64,000 nucleotides of DNA, from NCBI GenBank assembly GCA_039621445.1, contig CP154954.1:24874954-24938953 (forward strand), in the 5' to 3' direction. A program made the translations under genes and the position numbers. Shown one piece after another: positions 33,031-64,000 of the stretch (its first letter is position 1; each line of letters starts with the position of its first letter). This DNA comes from Euglena gracilis. Lineage: Eukaryota. The notes under the pieces are model-generated. The model ran no database searches, was not told the DNA's origin, and saw only the letters and a list, made by a program, of their open reading frames with translations.

Positions 33031-34930
33031 CCAACGACCTCGCAAACCTTTGTGGGTGTACTTGGTGCGGCCCTTGAATGCCATGATCTCATGGTTGCCC
33101 AACAGCTGAATAAGGGCTCCTCCGGCTGCCGTCGCTTGCCGCGCCATCTTCTTCAAAAGGTCCAGTAACTGATGACGGCAGACAATCCGTCACTGACACG
33201 TTTACAGTTGTGACGAAGCAAGAGCCATGGTACAAAATACATCTGCATGAACGGATCAATCGAGGGAACGTGGGGAAACGATCACAGAAAACTTTGCTGT
33301 GGCAGAGCGTTTCCCTGCACTTCTGCTGGGAACAGGGCGTTGCTCGAAGACCTTACCCAAGGTGGTCCAGCTGAGGGGCTGGAAAAATTGGGCTGGCTGT
33401 AAAAAAAAAAAGGCTGCTGGCTGACCCCCGACTGATCCCCAGCTGGAACTGGGCCAGACTGGGGTCAGGGGATTTCTTAAGGACCCCCCAGGGGGGGGGG
33501 GGTTCCAGCCTCCGGCTGGCAAAAGGCTGCTGGCTGGAAATGAGCTGCTGGCTGGACCCCCCCCCGGGGGATAGGGGGGGAGGGGGGGTCTGGGGCTGGA
33601 GGGGGCTGGGCTGGGCTGGGTCGATGAAAAACAAAAAATTTTAAAACATTTTTGTCTTCTTGACATTTTGATGGACCTAGATCAAGGCTGGGGGCTGTGA
33701 TGGAGGAAGCTGTGATGAGGGGAAAAAAAAATGCAGGGATAGGTGTGCTGGGCAGCCCAGTTGGCTCAGCCAGCCCAGCCAGCCTGCGGCTGGCTGGCCC
33801 GGCCTCTGGCCGGGCTGGACCCAACTTTATTTCACTTGACCCCCCGGGGGGGCTCCCAGCCCAAATTTGGGCTGCTGGCTGGATGTGAGCTGCTGGCTGG
33901 CTGGACACCCCCCCCCTGGGGGATGGGGTCCCCTCTGGCTTAAGGAATCCCCTGCTGGGGGTCGAACCGGGTCCAAAAACCAAAACTGCAAAAATGCCCA
34001 AAAAACTGCCAATTATACAACAAAAAAATACATTTTTTTGCCCAAAATCTGGTCAGCCTTCTTCGAAAGCAAAAAAAATACAACTTCGGTCAACATTGTC
34101 CTTTGGTGCCGAAGAAACGTTTGCGTGCACAGCGACATGGCAGGTGGGGGGGAGCGACAGGTGGTCCAGAGCAGGGGTTTTTTTAAGACCGGGGGGGAGG
34201 GGGGTCCCCCCACCCACCCACCCCCTGGGGGGGGGGGGGCCGGGGGGGGAGGGGGGTCCGGGGGACCCACAAAAAATGGCCGAAAAATCGCGAAAAGTGC
34301 TAAAAAAAAGAATTTTTTCGGCGCCTGCGGCGCCGAAAAGTATATCCCACCCCCCTTCGGGGGGACCCCCCCCGGGGGGGGCTCGGCCGGACCCCCCCCC
34401 CCTACCCCCCCCCCCGGGGGTCCAAACTTAAAAAAATCCCTGGTCCAGAGCAACCGGCAAGGGAACACACCTGGCGCGAGTCCGGGCCGCGGTCCACCAC
34501 GTCCCCGGTCTGCACCAGCACCGCCGGGCCCCCCCGCCAGTTCCCCTTCGCGTCGGTCAAATTGCACAGGCGGAGGCAGCGCAGAGCGTTGCGGAGGTCG
34601 CCGTGGAGGTCGCCGAGGGCGAAGAGCCGCCCGCCGGGGACGAGCGGCGCCGACGAGGAGGGCAGGCGGCGGGGGCAGGCCCCGGACGGACGTTGTTTGC
34701 AGGAACCGGCAAAAAGTCCAGCCCAGGGCTGTGGGGGGGGGGGGGGGCATGGGGCCTTGGCAGACAATCGGTGTGCAAGTGGGTAACGTTCGTTAACTTA
34801 AGAGGGTTGTTGTAACCACCCTTGGCAGCGTAGGGAGGCCGATACTTCGCTGGGCTGTACCCCTTTTGATGCTGCAAAAAAAAAAATCAATCAAGACAGG
34901 AGAGGCCTGGGAAGAGGATCAGGACAAGGG
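30024..34930 (-). CDS. Shewanella-like (SLP/Shelph) PPP-family metallophosphoesterase, multi-exon; first exon not located, 3' end may extend to 29170
   Basis: Exons: 34930-34913; 34670-34471 (RLFALGDLHGD...LVQTGDVVDRGPDS); 33168-33048 (QLLGNHEIM); 32454-32324 (SLFVHAGV); ~31525-31457 (ADDGPSWS); ~31040-30901 (RLVVGHTIQ); 30428-30359 (LIAIDVSIS); 30275 onward (IAAVEV). The PPP motifs GDxHG, GDxVDRG, GNHE and HAG, then GHT and IDV, occur in order. Confidence 0.9.
30276..30358 (-). other. Short nonconventional intron in the SLP gene
   Basis: 5' CCC-CAGGC ... GCCTG-CCACC 3'. Excision gives KLGGDH|IAAVEVV. Confidence 0.8.
31077..31344. mobile_element. hAT-like MITE, family B, apparently inside an SLP intron
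   Basis: CAGGGGTTTTTATAAG...AAAAGAAAAACCCTG with flanks GCTTCAAA/GTTTCAGA (6/8). Confidence 0.85.
33466..33954. mobile_element. hAT-like MITE (GGCTG-rich interior)
   Basis: CAGGGGATTTCTTAAG...CTTAAGGAATCCCCTG with flanks CTGGGGT/CTGGGGGT. A related copy lies near 58067-58360. Confidence 0.85.
34172..34442. mobile_element. hAT-like MITE, family B, perfect 8-bp TSD
   Basis: GTCCAGAG-CAGGGGTTTTTTTAAG...CTTAAAAAAATCCCTG-GTCCAGAG. Confidence 0.95.
34671..34912 (-). other. Nonconventional intron in the SLP gene, following an 18-nt micro-exon
   Basis: 5' TCC-CAGGCCTC ... GGGGCCTG-CCCCC 3'. The join gives LVLILCRLPSSSAPLV. Confidence 0.7.
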
Positions 34931-36740
34931 CTGCAAACAAAGTGCTCATCTGGAAGCATCCATGCCTTCAAGCAAAGGACAAACAGTGAGGTGGCTTCCT
35001 TTTGGAATCCTTGGAGGTTGAATGCATCGTCGCAGTTCAGGCAAAAGTGGACGCAGTCACTTGTTGACGCTTGCAAAATGGGATAGGGGAAACAGCTGAC
35101 AAAACACAAAAAAAACTACAACGCAGCAGAGTTGCGATGCGCGATCAGAACTCCTCAACCCTTGCGAAGTGCCCACTCCAGACACGTGGTATTTTGGTGG
35201 CGTCGTTGGGATTTGTCGGGATTTGTCGGGTTTTGTCGGGTTTGGAACACTGGAATTGGGTCCCAGCCATAGAATTTTGGAAGCATTTTTTTTCTGAGTC
35301 GAATGACGTGTGTTGAACACAATGTGGTTCCTATGGAGTGTGGGTGTTGCATTGGCAGCATTGAATCCTTTCCATACCGCCACCCACCTTTCCAACAACC
35401 ATACACATTTGTCTTGCACCATGGGGACAGCTGTTGATATAGCCAAGGTTCACCTTGGACAGTGGGAGGGTCGTGGGCAAAACACAGAAGTGGGATTTTC
35501 TTGTTCAGACATATTGGAAACCACCTCCAGGCACAAGGTATTGTGTTGTCTTTGTCAGGGATTGCCAGGAATTGCCAGGAACATCCTGCTTTGATCCTTT
35601 TTGCAAATAATTGTTTGGATTGCATACCACGTCTCCTCCATTGCCCAAGGACAACTGATATTTGTCAATGATAGGGAGGGTGTTTGAAAAAGGTGGACAA
35701 GATGGTGATGGCAAGAAATTTGTAATAATTGAACATTTCTAACGCATGGCCTTTGGGGGGGAGACCCATATCACACTTTTTTATTTTTAGTTACTTTATT
35801 TGTTATTAATAATTACTTCTGAAATTTTCAGTGCCCTAAAGGAATTTTGCCTAAAAAGGGGGGTTCCAAGTTACGGGAACCATCTTTTTTGCCCCCCCCC
35901 GCCAATTTATTCGGCCCCCGCCAGGAGCAAGGACCCCGCCAGGTTATTTGGGGGCAGGTTAACTCTTTCTGGTCCCCCAGAGGCGTGGTTTCCGTCAAAT
36001 CCTGACAAACAAACAAATTCGGACATCCTTTTTTTGCAAAACTAAATTGTGGACAAAACTGGACCAAATAACCTGGCAGGGCAATAACCTGGACAAAAAG
36101 GGGACCAAGTAACCTGGCAGGGGGGGGGGGCAGGGCGGGCCAAAAGTTGGTTCCAATAACCTGGCACCACGCCAGGTTATTGGGGGGGGGGGAGTTGTCG
36201 TGATTTGTCGGGGTTTGTCGCTAGAGGTTCTGCCCAGTGCTCAGCAAGAACTCCATTCTGGAGCAAATATTCTTTGTGGCTTTCCAAATGAACAAAATAA
36301 CCCTGTGTATGAGCTGTATTGTGTGTATGTGTATTTTTTTGAAGTTTGGTGACCCAGGGGGAGGGGGTGGGGGTGGGGGTCCAGGCCAAGAGGGGGTGGG
36401 TCTGGACCCCCCCTCCCGGTCCTGAAAAATATTGTTTGAGACACAATGTCTTCATACATCCGGGCTGCTCCCGGATGCCATATGCCAACCCCTTTCTGCC
36501 TTGTTGCCTAAATCCTTTGACTGGCGTAGCTGCGTGTTGAGCGCCACTCGCCCCGGCATAACTCCCATTCCTACGGAAGACTGGCAATGTGTGGTCTCTG
36601 CCGGTGGTTTACTGCAGAATGCAGTAAACCGCGGACAAGAGGGGTCTGTGGTGCATGTCTGCAGTCAACACATGCGGAACTGAGCACACTAAGCACAGCC
36701 CGAAGTGTAAGCACGGAGGGAATGGAACATTGATGCGAAC

Positions 36741-37226
36741 CAGGCTGAATTTGACCAACTCTGGGGGAGGGGTCGCGGGTGTCATGGAGTTCCTGGGCAG
36801 GCAGACACCACCCCACCCCCCAGGTTTCGACACAATACGTATGAGGGCAGGTGGGGGTGAGTCGGACCCCTCCCCTCTGGTCCAGCAGAGGGGGGACATA
36901 CCCCCCATCAAAACAGTGGCAGTGGCACGGTCTGGGTGACCGAAAATTTTGCCCCTCCAAAACGGCCAAAAGTGCCAGGGCACCCCAACCTAAACCCCGT
37001 ACGCCCTCCTTATATCGAACCCTGATCCCCCCGGGGCATCAGTGCCTGTGTGGTCGTCGGCCAAAAGCTGCCCAAAAATGTGCTGTTCTGGGCTTCCGGC
37101 GCCTTAGTTACTGGAAGTGCCTTGAATGAGTGCCCAACCCGGGGGGGGGGGTGGGATCTGGGTTTACCCAGGCAAGTACCGGGGGGGGGGGGGGGGGGGG
37201 TCGGTCTCGCCTTGAAATTCAGCCTG
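36741..37226. mobile_element. hAT-like MITE, family D
   Basis: ATGCGAAC-CAGGCTGAATTT...AAATTCAGCCTG-ATGCAAAC (7/8). Confidence 0.9.
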
Positions 37227-37352
37227 ATGCAAACTTGGTGTTTGCCCTGACACATGCGCACGGTGCAGCGTGGTGGTGAGGGGTCAGACACACACATGCG
37301 GCCACTGTGCAGAGGGGCGTCGACTGGCCTTCACTGAACGGAAACCCCCCGC

Positions 37353-59340
<21,988 letters not shown>

Positions 59341-59569
59341 ATGGAAGTGTTGGGTTGCACGCAAGGCATTGCAACAAAGTGAAAGATCAAATCGTCCATG
59401 GTTGCCCCCCAAAAAATCCTAATCCGACAACTTCAAAAGCAAAAACAGCTGAATCCCCCCTCCGAGCAGCCGAGAAGTGGACTTAAACCCCCCTCCAAAT
59501 AAAAGCCCCCCCCCCAATGACAAACCCCCCCAAATAGAAGCCTCCCTCGGGTTTCCAAATAGTATATCC

Positions 59570-59650
59570 CAATCCAATCCAAATCCAAATAATAATCCAA
59601 ATCCAATCCAAATCCAAATCCAAATAATCCAAATAATAAATAATAATAAC
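59570..59650. repeat. Degenerate (AATCCA)n/(AAT)n repeat
   Basis: Directly visible. Confidence 0.85.
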
Positions 59651-60840
59651 CCAATCCGAATAACGCCCCCCCCAGGCAGCCGCACTCATTCAAGGCGTTG
59701 GCAAACTGCAAGTACACAAAAGCAACATGGATCGGGGTTTTGCCATAGTCTTAGCAACCTTTGGTTTCTTGAACCGTTTGGTGAGAGGGTTGGGACAGAG
59801 GACTCTTGGCACATAAAAAAGAGGTATTTCCACATCTCAGGAGTCCAAAAAAAAGCCGAAGCGCCGAAATTTGCCTTTTTGGGGCCACACAAGGGTGCCC
59901 AATTTGAAGCCCCCGCTCGGGTTTTCCGCAGACTGACCGAATACCAGCCCCGTTAGAAGCCAGGGGCTTCTAATTGGGGGGTTAACGTGACCCCCCCCCC
60001 CCGATTGTCGGCAGGGGGGGCGACAATTTGGGGGGGGGGGTGCCCATCCTATGCACATGTAGGGTAAATTGAGTAACCCCCCCTAAATGTCACCCCCCCC
60101 AATTGTCGCCAAGGAGGGTCAAAAGACTTCCTGGGGGGTGCCATATAGAGGGGGGGGTCACGTTAGTCTATAAAGGCTTGGCTTTAAGCCAACTCCTTTG
60201 AAACACCTGAAAAGCAACAGGGAACATGCTCCCATGCATTCCAATCTTCCTAACCTGCGCATGGCAATTATGGCTCAAAAATAGCAACGCCTTGAGGATG
60301 GTTGCATCCCCGTGGGCCACATCCCACGCCAAACTCTCCAGTGGGTGTAAGAACAAAACGGAAAAAACAAAAGACAAATTCAATAACATGTGACTGTGTG
60401 AATTGAAAAGGCAAAAAAAAAAGCAAAGAAAAAAGCAGTTCCTTCTTCTCCAGAGTAATTAGTAATTACCCATCCTAGATGGGTCAGAACTGAAACACAC
60501 TTCCACCGTTCCACTTGTTGTACATCAACTATGACCATGCTCACAATGGAGACTGGGTGCGCTGTTAACCAAAGACCCTTGTCCCCCCTCCAATGCCGCG
60601 GCGCCCCCCTCGGACCCCTCCCCCTCCCGAAAACAATTGTACTGATTTTTTCAACATTTTTTCCTCCAAAATCGCCATCCCGACCTGAAAAATTGCAAAA
60701 AAGTGTCTTTTTTCAAAAAAAAAAAAGCCAAAATTTGGTAAAAGTGCCACGTGTGGCGCCTTGGCTAGACACTTTGAGGTTGATGCTTCATGGAATTTTT
60801 TCGAAATTTCCGAAAACTTGCTCAAAATGCCATTTTGGGC

Positions 60841-61895
60841 CATTTTGACCAAAAAAAGTCCTTGGTGAACTTCACCGGTGAAGTTCACCGATGGGTTAGG
60901 CAGAGGGGGGGGGAGGCTGTCCGGGACCCCCCGGTGAACTTTCTACTACAAAAAAGAGGTGGCGGACGCCGGTTCTGTCCAAAGCACGGCGTCCGGAACG
61001 CCGTGCCGGGCTTTGGACAGAACCGGCGTCCGCCACCTCTTGTTTAAGCCGGCGTTTTAGAGACGCCGGGCTCAGGACAGAACCGGCGTCCCCAACCTTC
61101 GGCCAAAGGACACTCCCAGGACCAATCTCCGACCACTTATCTGCAATGTCACACCACTTTGCACTTCACCAAATTCCGGCGATCGCGAGGGTATTTCTGG
61201 CTGTGTCAATCGTCCAGGTATAAAATCACCCCTAGATCGAAAGCTCTTTTCATCAGACGACTGGCGATCACCACCAAATTCAGCCACGTCGCCTGGAGCT
61301 CTTGTTTTCTGTCAGTGGGGAATCCTAATTTCACAACTCTGGTGCCCCCCCAAGGCCCTCAGGTCGTTGAGTCGAAGAGGAAAAACGTTTCTGTAGGGTT
61401 TATTCAGCATCTTAAACCAAAAGTCACTGAAGATTGCTACAAGTTTCGACTCAGATTCTGGCCGATCCGACCATCGCGAGCGTATCTCGGGCTGCGTGCA
61501 ACGTTAGGGTACCAAGTTACCCCTCGATCGAAAGCTCTTTTCAACAGACGACCAGCGGTGCTCATCAGATCTTTCCACTCTATTTCCAAATCTGGGCCGA
61601 TTTTCACGAGATTTGGATATCCACCCCACTGGTCCCCAGATGGCAAAATTCATTGTCCTAGATGGTTGAAACACTCATACCAGCACCTTAGGGCCACTTT
61701 TGGGCACTTTTGGTGACATTTTTAGGAATGAAAACCGGACGCCGGGCTTTGGACAAAACCGGCGTTCCTAACACCGGGCTTTAGCGTCCGGAAAGCCCGT
61801 GGGGGGGACGCCGGTTCTGTCCTGAGCCCGGCGTCTCAAACGCCGGCTTAAACGGTGAACTTCACCATAGGGGGGGGGGGGGGGGGGTCAAAATG
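60841..61895. mobile_element. About 1-kb element with nested inverted repeats
   Basis: Outer CATTTTGACC/GGTCAAAATG; GGTGAAGTTCACCG/CGGTGAACTTCACC; about 50-bp inverted pair at 61043-61093 / 61804-61853; 32-bp-arm hairpin at 60954-61041. Confidence 0.75.
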
Positions 61896-63319
61896 ACCAA
61901 AGTCTAATGCCTGATCTCCCTACGCAGGAGGGCTCTCATCTCTAAGTGGTTGTCCAAAAAGTAGTGACAGACAGCGGTGTAGAAACAATTTTTTCTTGGG
62001 GGGGGGGGGCGAGATGCTGGGCCAGAAGCGAAGTCAGCGTCGGCCATAAACAGAAAAATTCCGAACATAGCACTTTTTCAAAAAAAATTTGGCGCCCTCG
62101 GCGCCGAAAAGTATATCCCACTCCCCCTGGGGTGACCCCGGGGGGGGGGGGGGGGCCGCTCGGCAGGACCCACCCATCCACCCATAGTGGGCCTGTGTTT
62201 TTTTGGACGTTGTTTTTTTGTTTTTTTTTTCAATTCTAACAATGTTTTTTTAAAAAAAACAAAAAAAACGCCCAGTGGGTTTTGCATGGAAAATTTTTTG
62301 AATGCACATTTTCAATGATTTTTGGCAACTTTTGGGTAATTTCTGCCAAAAGTTTCCTTGCACAACAAATGAAAAAAGTCATAAAATTCCATTTTGTTGC
62401 ATTTTTGGATGTTTTGACCATTTCTGGCAGTTTTTGAACTTAGTAGGATTCAAAGGAGGCTAGGCAGAGCGGGGGGGGGGGCTGGGGGGGGGGGCGAGCG
62501 GCCGCGCGGGCGGCCGCGCGGGGGGGGGGGGTCTGAGGGCGGCCGCGCGGGCGGCGCGCATCCTAAAATCAGTGATTTCGGGTCCAAAAAGTGGTCATTT
62601 TTTGCCTTTTTGGGCCATTTTTGACCAAAGAAGTAGCATTGCGACGTAATTTACAGTTGTAAGTTTGCTTGTAAGTTTCGCTTGTAACTTACGCGTAACT
62701 TACGGCATAATTCATTTTTTAATTTCCGCCGTGTAATTTATGTTCTGCCTTTTTTCAGAAATTTCAGACCGTTTCTCCCTTTTTTTTGTGTGCAAAGCAC
62801 CTTTTTTCCCATTTAAAAATTGGGTTTATGTGTTGTTGTCATCCCATGTGAGAAAAAACAAGTCAAAGGTCACTGCAAAAAAATGCAGTTCAAGTTTTTT
62901 TTTACAGCCAAAGGGGGAACCGTTTTTGGACCCGAAGGCAGCAACCTGCCTGAAAAAGTGCATTGGCTTGGATGAATTCCAAAGTAAAAATTAGCGGCGT
63001 ACTTAATCGGCGCGGTCTCGCCCCTCAAAGGAAAAAGCGGTGTGACCTCGTGGGTTTCGAACCCATGGGGTTTTCTCTCCGCGTCCCCCCCGCGTCCCCC
63101 CCCCGCGTCCCTCCCCCCCCGCGTCCCGATTTGCGCCCTGTTTCGCAGATTTTTTCCAATGCAGAACAATGCTCGCTTAGCAGAAACTTTGAAGAGGAAG
63201 AGGGAAAGGGAGAAGGAAAGAAGGCAAAAGAAGTGTGAATTGACCGAAGAGCACTTGGATTACTTGCAATCCATCTTGGAAATGGTGTGCCTTTTTGTTT
63301 GGTTCATAGTTCCAAAAAC

Positions 63320-63915
63320 CCATTGCCACAGGTTGATAACAGCAAGCCCAAATTTGCTGAAATTGCCCAGGAAATCAAGGATTTCGTCAGAAATATTTTG
63401 CATTTTTGTTTGGGCTTCCACAACGACAAGGACCTGTGAAAAACATTTGTTGGTGGATAAAACAAAAAAGGGTTTCCCATGCCTCATAATCAACGCCACT
63501 ATCACCAACTTTAGGATCTTGTTGGGCCCGCCGCATTGCCCCATAACTTGTCCACTTTTTCCATTTCGTCTTCACAACGTTCCGAAGGAAGTCCATGCTG
63601 CAGTGGAGGTCAAAATGTCTAGCTCCTTTTCCGTTCTAAGAAAAAATGGTCTGTTCCAGAGCATGTGCTTTCTCGTTTGTGGCCCTTCAACATCGTCCGC
63701 GATGTTTGGAGGGGGAAGGGGACCGATGGCGCCTTTGATCTCCAAAGGCGTCTTCATGTCCTTTTCCATTTTGTCAACTTTGCCCTGAAACGGCGGTTGA
63801 TGTACGAGCCCCCAGGTGTTTGGCCCATTCTCCCGCGGAGCGCCACTGCTCCCGCCCGGATCATTATTCACCCTGGAAAGTGATGGCCTGAAGTTTGTCC
63901 TTGATACAATGGGGC
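63320..63915 (-). CDS. Possible exons of an unidentified gene (separate, or the far 5' part of the membrane-protein gene)
   Basis: AG acceptors precede GKVDKMEKDMKTPLEIKGAI (~63784) and VLVVVEAQTKMQNISDEILDFLGNFSKFGLAVINLWQW (~63433), and a GAG|GCATGG donor lies near 63482. No family was recognised. Confidence 0.3.
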
Positions 63916-64000
63916 GTTGGCAGGGGGAGGGGGGTCCCGAGGTCTGATGGGGGGTTGGTACACCCCTCCCCCCCCCTCTCCGAGGGCCTCGCCACGCCAT

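Overview
Eukaryotic, intron-rich nuclear DNA, very likely from a photosynthetic euglenid (Euglena or a relative). The basis is inference from three things: nonconventional introns with the euglenid N3-CAG...CTG-N5 signature, a bipartite plastid-type presequence, and a plastid atpA fragment. All recognisable genes are on the minus strand. They are a two-domain glyoxalase I (380-8048, probable presequence exons to 12281), a poorly resolved LRR/low-complexity gene (about 14.5-28.2 kb), a Shewanella-like PPP phosphatase (about 30.0-34.9 kb), an uncharacterised His-rich multi-pass membrane protein (37353 to about 59340), and possible exons near 63-64 kb. Introns are GT-AG, GC-AG or nonconventional. 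The main observation is that at least 12 MITEs from several families end in CAG...CTG (or a one-base variant) and are flanked by 8-bp target-site duplications, as in hAT elements. The nonconventional intron leaves 3 nt before CAG and 5 nt after CTG, which sums to 8, so splicing such an insertion would remove the element plus exactly one TSD and restore the original sequence in either orientation. Four such MITEs at 14.5-16.1 kb interrupt apparent exons and reading frames stay open when they are excised this way, suggesting an introner-like route to nonconventional introns. No transposase was recognised. Exon models were assembled by eye and need RNA-seq. Most ORFs in the supplied track are spurious.
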